Below are positions 9,131 through 18,331 of a DNA stretch of 64,000 bases, piece by piece (within the stretch, counting starts at the first letter, position 1; each line of letters begins with the position of its first letter). This DNA is from an uncultured Nitrososphaerota archaeon. GTDB lineage: Archaea > Asgardarchaeota > Njordarchaeia > Njordarchaeales > Njordarchaeaceae. Below the pieces are notes generated by a model. The model made no database searches. It saw only the letters and a program-made list of their open reading frames with translations, and was not told the origin of the DNA. Where the stretch lies: assembly GCA_964518475.1 (NCBI GenBank), contig CAZFGR010000005.1, positions 39,415 through 103,414 on the forward strand, in the 5' to 3' direction. The translations under genes were made by a program, and so were the position numbers.

Positions 9131-10657
9131 CTAATATGCACTGCTAGATCCTGTCCGTAACGCTGACAACTTTTTCCTGATAAGCCTAATCGTTCGATAC
9201 AAGATTTTTGGGATTTCTAGGAATATGTCGCGTATCTTTTTTCCTAATGACTGTAGAATGAGGTACAACCTATCGAAACCAACAAACTTATAGACTGTGA
9301 TAAGAATAATTGCGGTTCCAAGAGAAGTGAGAAGCAATATTAGGGGGACAAAACCTATTTTTTCAATGATATAACTCATAGAGACTATGCCTAGCAAATA
9401 AAATGTCGCTACCACAAGATTTGAGAGAGTCCATATGGGCCCTATTTTTATGAAATCTTTAGCTCGGAAAGACTTCCCAGCCTTCCGTCCAATTCCCATT
9501 GCCAGTACTGTGGTGGGTGCGCCATAGGGAAGAAAATTCCCGCCAAGATTCGTTGCTAGAATCATCGTAACCCATAAGATCTCCGCAAAATTGCTTGCAC
9601 CAGAAGTCTTTATTAAAGCATTTATGACGGGAATAAAAGCTAGTACGATTGGCACATTATCGATCACACCACTTAATATCCCAACAAGCCATAGTGTAAG
9701 GAGCATTGCGAAAAGCAAATTTCCACCCGTTAATTCTCCCAAGGAATGTCCGAGAGCTTCAAGAAGACCCTCATGTTCCAATCCCCCTACAATGACAAAT
9801 AATCCCGAGAAGAAGAGTATTGTTTCCCAATCAACACGCTTTAAGACCTCATCAACCTCTATTCCAGTAATGGCTAGCATGAGGGCAGCTCCAGTAATAG
9901 CTACGAAAGCTATATCCCGGTAGAGTAATAACCCCATAATTACGAGGGAGAAAAGTACCGCGGATCGGTAGAAGACGGATCTATTTCTGACAAGAGCCCA
10001 CTCATCGAACTCCAATAATAACATTTTGCGTAATTCATCTGGTTGATCAAGTGTGTACCGAAATTTGCTATAGATAATAACTATGGAAATTGTAAGGGAA
10101 ACAATAGAGAAAGGTGCAGCGTATTTAATGAAAACATCTAATCCTAAACCAACGCTTTGCGACAGGATAATGTTTGGAATACTCGAGAATAAAAGGGTCA
10201 TTCCTCCAACATCAACTACTATGGCTTCGGCTATTAAATAAGGTACTGGATCGATACGGAGAATACGAGAAATTGCTATAGTCAATGTCCCCATAATTAT
10301 TATCGCAACAATAGCTGTTGCAACGGTTGCTAAGGCATAAGACATCAAACATAGGATTATAAGTAATGGGATGGGTTCTCCTTTTGATAATTTAACAGCT
10401 TTTATAGCGATGTATTGAAATAATCCAGATTCTCTAGTTACCTCAACAATGATGGAGATTCCTATAATAGCTATTAAAACACGATAATCTATGAACTGGA
10501 GTATTTCTTCTGGTGATAAACCATGATAAAGAACAAGAAGAGCATGCACTACTATAGCGCCTAACAATGAGATTACAGCTCTATTCATTTTTTCAAGAGT
10601 AGCTATTATGATGACGGTAGCGAAGATTGCTAGTATTATGATCCCTATGAGACTCAA
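9131..10657 (-). CDS. ArsB/NhaD/SLC13 (P-protein-like) ion transporter
   Basis: Multi-TM protein with VDWETILFFSGLF, GVIDNVP and TNLGGN motifs. Confidence 0.85.
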   Translation of the reverse strand: MSLIGIIILAIFATVIIIATLEKMNRAVISLLGAIVVHALLVLYHGLSPEEILQFIDYRVLIAIIGISIIVEVTRESGLFQYIAIKAVKLSKGEPIPLLIILCLMSYALATVATAIVAIIIMGTLTIAISRILRIDPVPYLIAEAIVVDVGGMTLLFSSIPNIILSQSVGLGLDVFIKYAAPFSIVSLTISIVIIYSKFRYTLDQPDELRKMLLLEFDEWALVRNRSVFYRSAVLFSLVIMGLLLYRDIAFVAITGAALMLAITGIEVDEVLKRVDWETILFFSGLFVIVGGLEHEGLLEALGHSLGELTGGNLLFAMLLTLWLVGILSGVIDNVPIVLAFIPVINALIKTSGASNFAEILWVTMILATNLGGNFLPYGAPTTVLAMGIGRKAGKSFRAKDFIKIGPIWTLSNLVVATFYLLGIVSMSYIIEKIGFVPLILLLTSLGTAIILITVYKFVGFDRLYLILQSLGKKIRDIFLEIPKILYRTIRLIRKKLSALRTGSSSAY

Positions 10658-10759
10658 AGAAACTCCCTCTGGATACTACATTATCCTATCTGATTTATTG
10701 ATTAAAAACCTAGTATGTTAGTGTGGGCTAGCCTCTGGAATCTTTAGGAAACTCCATTA

Positions 10760-10813
10760 TCAGCTGATTAATAATTCATCATCTCGTTCCTCAGTGGGCA
10801 CAGACTTCATCAC
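10760..10813 (-). ncRNA. C/D box sRNA (2'-O-methylation guide)
   Basis: Minus strand reads GTGATGA-AGTCTGTGCCCA-CTGA-GGAACGAG-ATGATGA-ATTATTAATCAG-CTGA: consensus C, D', C' and D boxes with two 12-nt guides. Confidence 0.9.
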
Positions 10814-10948
10814 ATATTTCCATAATTAAGTAACAATGTATCCTATAATCCTTAATATTTCACAATCAGATTCTCAATGCTTGAAAAATGTTTTTCAATA
10901 ATCCATAAATCTATTATTATGATACTTCTACTCACATTATCTTAAGAG

Positions 10949-11809
10949 TTGGTTTACATGAGAGAAGTCGAGGAGAAATTATTAGAATGGCTTAAAGTGG
11001 AGAGAGATCCAAGATTAGAGTTTATCGTAAGAACACTAGTCAGCTCTATGAAATCTGTGTGCGAGAAATGTATGGAAGAGAGAGATATAAACATCTTTGA
11101 GCCCCTATGCGAGGAGAGAGGATATCTTAACATCTTAATAGAAGCGGGGGTACCTAAGGAATACTTACCACGTTTCTGTTTTAAACGGAGAGGCACAGAA
11201 ATAACTAGGTTTCTCAGCAAAAAGCCTAATCCCCTACCAGTTAGAGACGCTAATTATTATCTTTCAGATTTTCTAGATCTTTTCTCGAGAAATCTTAGAA
11301 GATATTTCGAGAAAGGGGATTATAACGCTATAATAAATTATTTGAAGCAGAAATTGGAGGAATTTTGGGGAGAAGTATCATTTTTTAGATTATCGAAAGG
11401 GTTTATATGCCTCATTTTAGGAAAATTTGAGTCATTGATTTTGATAGATCCGACGCGCAATATAGTTAGGATAAATGTGGAGAAGAGTTTCCTATTTACC
11501 GCGGACGATTATATTGAATTTCTCGAAAAAGCTCTAAAGCTTGTAAAGATTGAATATAAAGTAATCCAGTTAATAGAAGGAGAGTTCTTCCTGAGGATTG
11601 AGTTGAATAATACGAAGGATCTTCCAGAAGAAACTCTGGAAAAACTAAAGGAGCATGGACTACTTAGTGTGAAAGTCTCTAATGGTAAAACGCATCTTCT
11701 CTTCAAGTTAATAGATCCTATGGATACCGTTCCCCCCTTTGATCTTGCAAATGTTTTAGGAATTCTTAAAATTATGACAAATTTATCAGGTGGTAATGAG
11801 AATGGATAA
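10949..11809 (+). CDS. Hypothetical protein with N-terminal four-Cys cluster
   Basis: CEKC...PLCEER...RFC; its 3' end overlaps the start of the next gene. Confidence 0.75.
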   Translation: MVYMREVEEKLLEWLKVERDPRLEFIVRTLVSSMKSVCEKCMEERDINIFEPLCEERGYLNILIEAGVPKEYLPRFCFKRRGTEITRFLSKKPNPLPVRDANYYLSDFLDLFSRNLRRYFEKGDYNAIINYLKQKLEEFWGEVSFFRLSKGFICLILGKFESLILIDPTRNIVRINVEKSFLFTADDYIEFLEKALKLVKIEYKVIQLIEGEFFLRIELNNTKDLPEETLEKLKEHGLLSVKVSNGKTHLLFKLIDPMDTVPPFDLANVLGILKIMTNLSGGNENG

Positions 11810-14800
11810 GAATCTCAGGGAGATTTATCTATTACTGGCTAAAAAAGGAGCAAAAACAATTAACGAACTCTCTATTCTCACTGGAAGAAGCATTACCGAG
11901 TTAGAACATTATTTAACGACCTTGGAGAAAGATGGTCTTATATTAAGACTTCTAGAACCCACTACGCAATTAATAGCTATTCCGCCTGCAAATGCTGTGT
12001 TATATTATCTAAGCGAAGCTATAAGGCTTATTAGGAATATCAGAGACCGGTTCAACAATGCCCTCTTAGCAACATCTGCCGCTATTCAGGAAATGGAGAC
12101 TTCTATTATTGAGAAAATTGATACGCAAGAGAGGGTTATTAAAGAGAGAGTAGATAGAGAGGTTCGAGAAATTAATGTGCAATTAAAAACGTTCATCGAT
12201 GCAACAAAAACAAACCTAAAGAAAGTTCTCAACGTTTTTGAAGAGACAAGAACCAATTTAGAGAGAGTTAGAGAACTAGCGGGAGAATTTCACGAAAGTT
12301 TTACCTCATTATCGACTAGGTTAAAGAAGTTATCCGAAGATATATTAACCACTTACAAAGATACGATGCACTCCATTTTTGTAAATTATCTCCAAGATAG
12401 TGAATCCGTTATTGGTCCAATTATTGAGAAGGCTAAGGAGTATTTAGAAGGTACAATTTCTCTACTAGACACAACAGCTAAGAGAATCAATGATGTTAAC
12501 GTACTAATTAGTCGCAATACTGACATATTGCTAAGATCGCTTGAGCGTGAGAAAAAGGAGAGTTTTGATAAGTTACATGAAGCGTTAAGCAAGGCAAGAG
12601 CATCTACAATCTCATTTTTAGACAACATCGCAACATCCCTTTACCCATCAATAGAGAAATCTTTGAGCACAACATTTGATGCACTCATAGATTCTATCAC
12701 AAGCTCATTTACTGTGGCCCTCAGCCAGTACGAAACAGCCGCTAAAATCCTTGTTGAGGATATGAGAGAACGTTGGGATAGTATAACTACCCTTTTAAGA
12801 ACTCAAGCAGAATCGTTACTAACCTCTTCCCTTAATGCATTTAATGAATTAGGGAAAGATACTAAAAAAGAGGAGGAGACGTTTTTCGAGGTTCTAAACA
12901 AGATACTAAATACTTTCAATACTAAAGAGAAGAAGCTAAGAAACATAATGGATTCGACTTTTCGAGTACTTATTGAGGAAATTAGAGGATTAGAGCCTAC
13001 TCTAATTGAGTACTTCGATAGAGTAAGAAACGAATGGCTTGAATATTACCAAGAGATTCAACTTACTGCAACGAATTATATTTCTCAACGCTACGATGAC
13101 TTAAGAATATCAATAAGCAACCTAATCGAGGATCTAAATAATGTCCAAGAGAAACTAGTAGGGGAGATAAAAGAGTATTATGAATCAAGCGTAAAAGCTA
13201 GTTTAGATTCTCTCAAGAAAGCATTAGAAGCAATAAATGAATTAGCCTTGACAGTATCTGAAGATTTTAATAATAGCGTTAAAGCGGTCTTACCTGAACT
13301 TGAAGATAATGTAGCGCGTTCTATAGATGCGACGAATAATGAGTTAAGAACGAAGCTCTTGAACATTTCTCGAAAATTCACGAGTATAATAAGCTCAAGC
13401 TCTATTAAAGCTGAAAGATTGCATAAAGAGCTTCTCGAGAAAATCCGAGAGTTAAGCAGGGAGGATGCTACTCAACTTGACAACGCATTAAAATTCCTAG
13501 AATCGCAGGGAATAGAGTTTTCCTCCGAGCAGAAAAAGTATCTAAACAAGATAAAGAGATCCATGATTTACAGAAACAGAGGTATTATCTCGTTAGTAAA
13601 TAAGTTTTTCAACGAGTACAAGCAATCCCTAGCTAGACTGACCGAAGAAATATTGCTCGAAATAAACAAGTTCTCAGCAAGTTTTTCAGAATATCTAAAA
13701 GAACTATCTAAGGACATGCTGTCATCTCTTGAACGAAGTCTATCATTTAGTATTTCTAGAGTTCAAAACAATTACAATCAACAAGTTGAGCGAATGAAAA
13801 ATCAAATTAATTCACAACTACAGCTTTTAACTACGATTTCTGAAGAAGCGCTTAAAAGAATTGATTCTGATTTAAAAGACTATATAAGAAACACAACATC
13901 AAATTTAGAAGATCTTCTAGAAAGAGAGAGGGAGTTTCAGAAAGAATTAGTTAGTAATCTATCCAAAGCTGCTGAGGAATTGAATTCAATAATTACCGAG
14001 AGATTGAAAGAGACAAGAAAACAGCTAAGCTCTCTGATTGAAGATTACTTGTTAAAATCTCAAGGAATAACGAAAGGAGAAATCCTGCGCGAAATCGAAG
14101 AACTTAAACAGAGTCTTGAAAAAGAAGTCACGGAGGTCAAAAATAAATTAGGAGATTATTACAAGCAAGTAAACTCGGTTATTGAGAAAAATATTTTGCG
14201 CATAAAAAATGCTCTTGAGAACATAGAGAACGTCCTAAAAGTTGCTGAATCAGAGATAAGTGAGAGCATTAAAAGATTTAATAAAACAATATCAGCCAAC
14301 TATCAAACTATTCGGGAAAATCTCGAGAATCGTAGGACAGATCTTGAGAACTTATTCAATGAGAAGACGAATATACTTAAGGAGAAATTGGATAGAAGCT
14401 TAGCGGAGCTTAAAGATACTATAGAGAATAGCTTTGACAAGATCTTAGAGGATCAGAAGGCTCTCGTAAATGAGATACTTGAGAAAATCAAGCAACCAAT
14501 AAATTCGCTAAACGATCGAATAGCCAACAGAATTTCAGAGTTAGTGAGTGACATAAATGAAGCTTTAAGAAGCTTAAAAGAGAGAGAAAGCACATTTCTG
14601 CAGGAATGGGAAGAAGCAAAGGAAAGCATAAATCAACAGTTAAGTGAGTTAAGAAAATCTCTTGATGAAAACGTAAAAGCGAAAATGGATACAGCTCTTA
14701 AAGCCCTTAAGGAACAAATTGAGAAGATGTTTGAAAAATACGATGAAATGGAGAATCTACTAGAAACTACAAATAAGGTACTTGACGAAAACGAAGAACA

Positions 14801-15455
14801 ACTAAATCAACAATTCCTAAACTCTATCACTAATATGGAGAACAAATTAAGCGCCTTAACCAATAATTTAAGAGAAACCTTATACAAAGACTATAATATA
14901 TACCGTAATCTGTTGAAGGAGATCATTGAAAAGGGCCTTGATGAGTTCCAAAAATCTTTAAAGACAAAAATTGAGGATTCCCAAGAGCATTTAAGTGCCC
15001 ACTTAGAGAAAATAGAGAATGATTTTAACTATGCTAAAGATCTTTCTCAAAGTTTCATACAAATCATTAAAGAGAATGCGAGTAAAGCACTTATCATAAG
15101 AGATAAGGATAGCATTGTCACTAAAATAATTGATATCATAACGAGAGTGAGGGAGAAGATAGCCATAGCATCTCCAGTTCTCACGCAGCAAATAATCGAT
15201 GCCGTTAAAAAAGCTAGTGAACGAGCAGTTATCGAGATAATGATCCCCAAAGGTTTAGAATTGCCGGAAGAACTACTAAATGAGAACATAATTATTCGCG
15301 TAATAGAGAGAGAGTTACCCGTGGCACTAATTCTGCGTGATGACGAGGAAGTGTTGGTGGGATTAATGGATGCGGGAGAGGAATTAGCGGTACTAACCTT
15401 CTCCCAAGCGAGTGTCCAGATGATGAAGCTACTGCTAAGGGCTTATCTAAAATAA
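11790..15455 (+). CDS. TrmB-like wHTH + ~1000-aa helical repeat region + TrmB/PLD-like C-terminal domain
   Basis: N-terminal EIYLLLAKKGAKTINELSILTG...LEKDGLI...AIPP; 11-residue periodicity in the middle; C-terminal IITRVREKIAIASP...LILRDDEEVLVG. Confidence 0.8.
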   Translation: MVMRMDKNLREIYLLLAKKGAKTINELSILTGRSITELEHYLTTLEKDGLILRLLEPTTQLIAIPPANAVLYYLSEAIRLIRNIRDRFNNALLATSAAIQEMETSIIEKIDTQERVIKERVDREVREINVQLKTFIDATKTNLKKVLNVFEETRTNLERVRELAGEFHESFTSLSTRLKKLSEDILTTYKDTMHSIFVNYLQDSESVIGPIIEKAKEYLEGTISLLDTTAKRINDVNVLISRNTDILLRSLEREKKESFDKLHEALSKARASTISFLDNIATSLYPSIEKSLSTTFDALIDSITSSFTVALSQYETAAKILVEDMRERWDSITTLLRTQAESLLTSSLNAFNELGKDTKKEEETFFEVLNKILNTFNTKEKKLRNIMDSTFRVLIEEIRGLEPTLIEYFDRVRNEWLEYYQEIQLTATNYISQRYDDLRISISNLIEDLNNVQEKLVGEIKEYYESSVKASLDSLKKALEAINELALTVSEDFNNSVKAVLPELEDNVARSIDATNNELRTKLLNISRKFTSIISSSSIKAERLHKELLEKIRELSREDATQLDNALKFLESQGIEFSSEQKKYLNKIKRSMIYRNRGIISLVNKFFNEYKQSLARLTEEILLEINKFSASFSEYLKELSKDMLSSLERSLSFSISRVQNNYNQQVERMKNQINSQLQLLTTISEEALKRIDSDLKDYIRNTTSNLEDLLEREREFQKELVSNLSKAAEELNSIITERLKETRKQLSSLIEDYLLKSQGITKGEILREIEELKQSLEKEVTEVKNKLGDYYKQVNSVIEKNILRIKNALENIENVLKVAESEISESIKRFNKTISANYQTIRENLENRRTDLENLFNEKTNILKEKLDRSLAELKDTIENSFDKILEDQKALVNEILEKIKQPINSLNDRIANRISELVSDINEALRSLKERESTFLQEWEEAKESINQQLSELRKSLDENVKAKMDTALKALKEQIEKMFEKYDEMENLLETTNKVLDENEEQLNQQFLNSITNMENKLSALTNNLRETLYKDYNIYRNLLKEIIEKGLDEFQKSLKTKIEDSQEHLSAHLEKIENDFNYAKDLSQSFIQIIKENASKALIIRDKDSIVTKIIDIITRVREKIAIASPVLTQQIIDAVKKASERAVIEIMIPKGLELPEELLNENIIIRVIERELPVALILRDDEEVLVGLMDAGEELAVLTFSQASVQMMKLLLRAYLK

Positions 15456-15501
15456 AGGCTCTGATAAATTTACCGAATCACAATTGATAAAATATGGAAA
15501 A

Positions 15502-16803
15502 TTATATGAACCAAGGAGCAAATTTTTCTAGTTCTTCCCCATCTATACTCAACTTCATATGACCAAATTGGATACTGGTAACAGCGTCTAAACGTGCTCT
15601 AGTAAATACTAATAACTTTTTCTCTCTTGGGTTAAAATCAAGAATGATCCCTAGACCCAAGAATTTCCCAGCGCGATCGTGTAGAGAGATTAATAAATTT
15701 CTAACATTGTCAGGGGTTACTGCGAAAATCTCTCTCTTATTAAGTCGTCTCTTTAATTCTTCAAGCACCTTAGGAGCTGGTTTATTCTCAGTTATTATCA
15801 GAATAGAATCCCAAGATTCCTCAATGTAAATGTCTTGAATATCTCCCAGAAGCTCCATAAGAAGATTTAAAGTCTCCTCTGTAGGGCTTCTTCCAGTACC
15901 TAAAAAGCCATAAGAAACATTGACATCATTTAGATCAATTACTACCTCTCTAGCATCTGTGAATTCTTTTAGGTACATCATTTTTCTAAGTTCTCTCCGT
16001 TCTTCCCAATTCCTAACCCTCAATCTAGGGGCTGCTGGAACTTTATATATTTCTCCGCTATACCCTATCAGTGATTTTTCGAGATAAGAGAGTTCTCCCG
16101 CATCTTTTTCAATAAACACAATAAGATCTGGTTGGACGACACTTATTTTTCCGATCTTTAATTCCCGGCCCCATCGATCACCTACCCACCCCGTAGTATC
16201 TATAAGGATTACGTCTACCCCAAGCTCCTTCGCTCTCTGAACCATCCTATAAGTTCCGATAATTGACCTATTAAGCACACCTGCAGGCGTGACAGAGCCA
16301 ACGAAAAAAGCGTCTTGTAGGGGTATCTCTGAAAGATGGATTATAGGTTTCTCAACAAGTCCTAAACCAATGGTAGTTGGCGGACCAATATCGCTCTGGC
16401 CTACATCAGCGTCTATAACAGCTACTTTCTTCCCTGACTTGAGCAAATAATTGGCTAGAAAAGTAAGCAGACCAGTCTTGCCTGTGTCTACGTTCCCTAT
16501 AGTCATAACGGTATATCCATTGCCCCTATTAAGTAGTTTTTCTCCTAGTTCTCGCCACTCCCTCGGAATAAGACTCTCCTTGCTCTCCGCTATATAGCCA
16601 TCTTCAAAATCAATATTTAATAACGCATTTTCTAACACACGAACAGGCGCTGATCGATACTTAGGCACACTAATTACTGATCCCGTCTTATAATCAGCGC
16701 CGAATATCTCTATTGAACCATTGAGTACCTCGATAGTTACCTCACCGACCACAAATAACCATGAATCCTTTGCACATTCAATTTTCACCCTAAAACACCC
16801 CAA
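15502..16803 (-). CDS. Clp1/Grc3/Nol9-family polynucleotide 5'-OH kinase
   Basis: GNVDTGKT, DADVGQSDIGPP and DTTGWV motifs; RRELR lid segment. Confidence 0.92.
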   Translation of the reverse strand: MGCFRVKIECAKDSWLFVVGEVTIEVLNGSIEIFGADYKTGSVISVPKYRSAPVRVLENALLNIDFEDGYIAESKESLIPREWRELGEKLLNRGNGYTVMTIGNVDTGKTGLLTFLANYLLKSGKKVAVIDADVGQSDIGPPTTIGLGLVEKPIIHLSEIPLQDAFFVGSVTPAGVLNRSIIGTYRMVQRAKELGVDVILIDTTGWVGDRWGRELKIGKISVVQPDLIVFIEKDAGELSYLEKSLIGYSGEIYKVPAAPRLRVRNWEERRELRKMMYLKEFTDAREVVIDLNDVNVSYGFLGTGRSPTEETLNLLMELLGDIQDIYIEESWDSILIITENKPAPKVLEELKRRLNKREIFAVTPDNVRNLLISLHDRAGKFLGLGIILDFNPREKKLLVFTRARLDAVTSIQFGHMKLSIDGEELEKFAPWFI

Positions 16804-17008
16804 AAATACTCTATCAAGCTAAGAAAAATAATCATATGGATTTACTAATGGATTAACCGATCTTTCTTTAAGAGTGTTTTTTAGCACTAACTGGAGATTC
16901 AGAATACTGAACGATGTGATCAAGAATTATTCTCTAGTTTCGGAGGAAAAAATACTTGGTAAGAAATAAAAACATTCTCAAATAACAAAAATAAATAAAA
17001 TTTAGAAC

Positions 17009-18283
17009 TTACTCATACTGAATTCTACGTGCTATTCCTAAGTCAAAGTATTTATCGATTTTGAGTATGATCCAGAACAAGAAGGTTCCAAAGAAAATCT
17101 CAAGTATGCCCGTCAGGAAGTATCTCATCGCAGCTACTTGCCATGCTGGTATTTCATACTGTCCAGAAGCACCAAATATTGTAAACTCTGCGGTAAGACC
17201 AGAGGAGACATAGCCCCATCCTGGCCATGCCACTCCTACTATTGTTGCACCGAATAACGCGGTCTGTAAAGCAGCTATTAACGCGAAGAATACTCCGCTA
17301 ATGAAGGAGAATATGAATATTTTACGGGGGTTCATTTGGAAAGCGTAAGCTGCGACTATTCCCGCTAATAAGCCAAAGATATCCATTATTGGTATGAAGA
17401 TGCTTACTCTCACGGGTGCTTTAAGTTGAACCCCAGTTAGCCACCAGATAAAGTTAAAGAACAGTTTCTCATTGTCCTTATATTGAATATAGGCGGAACC
17501 GAGACCAGAGAGTGGACGGTCACTAAACATTCTTGAGCTTCCACATACGATAATTTTGCCTTTTCCAGTATCTATTGCGACGAGCCAGGGAAGAGAACCC
17601 CTCGCGTGGGGATTACCATTGGCATCCGCAGCATAAGATGTTGGTGGAGTCGTAGCTACAATAATTTTCGGATCTTTCACAATTAGTGATGCGCTAGTTG
17701 TAACGATTTCTTCGATCCCAACACTTATAATGTGGGGCTTAAAATAGTCGGCTGTAACAACTACTTGCCAGGGTCTTCCAGCAACATTGGATGTATCATC
17801 ATATAACTCATCACCATTATTATTGCTTCCCCAGAATATAACCTTGTCTACTACACCAAGAGAGGCTAGTAGATTATTCAAATAATCTGGTTTTCCATAG
17901 GTGCTGCCATAGTACGCCACATCTCCCAAGATTATTACTCCTTTCCCCGCATCAACGAATTGTTTAATAAGATCCAGCTCCTCAGAACTAAAGTCTTGGG
18001 TTCCAGGATTAGGAATCACTAGGACATCGAATTGTAAGAGCTCTTCTAAGCTAGGTAGAGCTTCGCTTGCATTATATTTCTCCACAACAACTCCTTGACG
18101 GATCAAATCACTTATGAGGGTACTATACAGAGCGGTTGAGTAGTATTGACCAGCACTCTCTCTGAAGATGATTTTTATCTCCGTTTCTTGGGATCTTAGA
18201 ACAGTTTGTGATGGTGCTATAAAGACGCTTAGAAGTAGGAGAAATGCCATAGCGATGAATAATTTCCTCAAAAACATCACCAA
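17009..18283 (-). CDS. Membrane protein with extracellular GIFT/DUF4350-like domain and C-terminal TM helices
   Basis: Signal peptide; FDVLVIPNP...FSSEELDLIKQFVDAGKGVIILGD and DNEKLFFNFIWWL; about 3 C-terminal TMs. Confidence 0.8.
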   Translation of the reverse strand: MVMFLRKLFIAMAFLLLLSVFIAPSQTVLRSQETEIKIIFRESAGQYYSTALYSTLISDLIRQGVVVEKYNASEALPSLEELLQFDVLVIPNPGTQDFSSEELDLIKQFVDAGKGVIILGDVAYYGSTYGKPDYLNNLLASLGVVDKVIFWGSNNNGDELYDDTSNVAGRPWQVVVTADYFKPHIISVGIEEIVTTSASLIVKDPKIIVATTPPTSYAADANGNPHARGSLPWLVAIDTGKGKIIVCGSSRMFSDRPLSGLGSAYIQYKDNEKLFFNFIWWLTGVQLKAPVRVSIFIPIMDIFGLLAGIVAAYAFQMNPRKIFIFSFISGVFFALIAALQTALFGATIVGVAWPGWGYVSSGLTAEFTIFGASGQYEIPAWQVAAMRYFLTGILEIFFGTFLFWIILKIDKYFDLGIARRIQYE

Positions 18284-18331
18284 TAAGTTATATTGCTAAG
18301 AAAAAAATAGAGAAAAAGAAGAATTAATAAG

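Noticed and set aside
11790-15455. SMC/Rad50 or chemoreceptor assignment for the long helical protein
   Set aside because: No Walker A/B, signature, hinge, Zn hook or MCP hairpin motif
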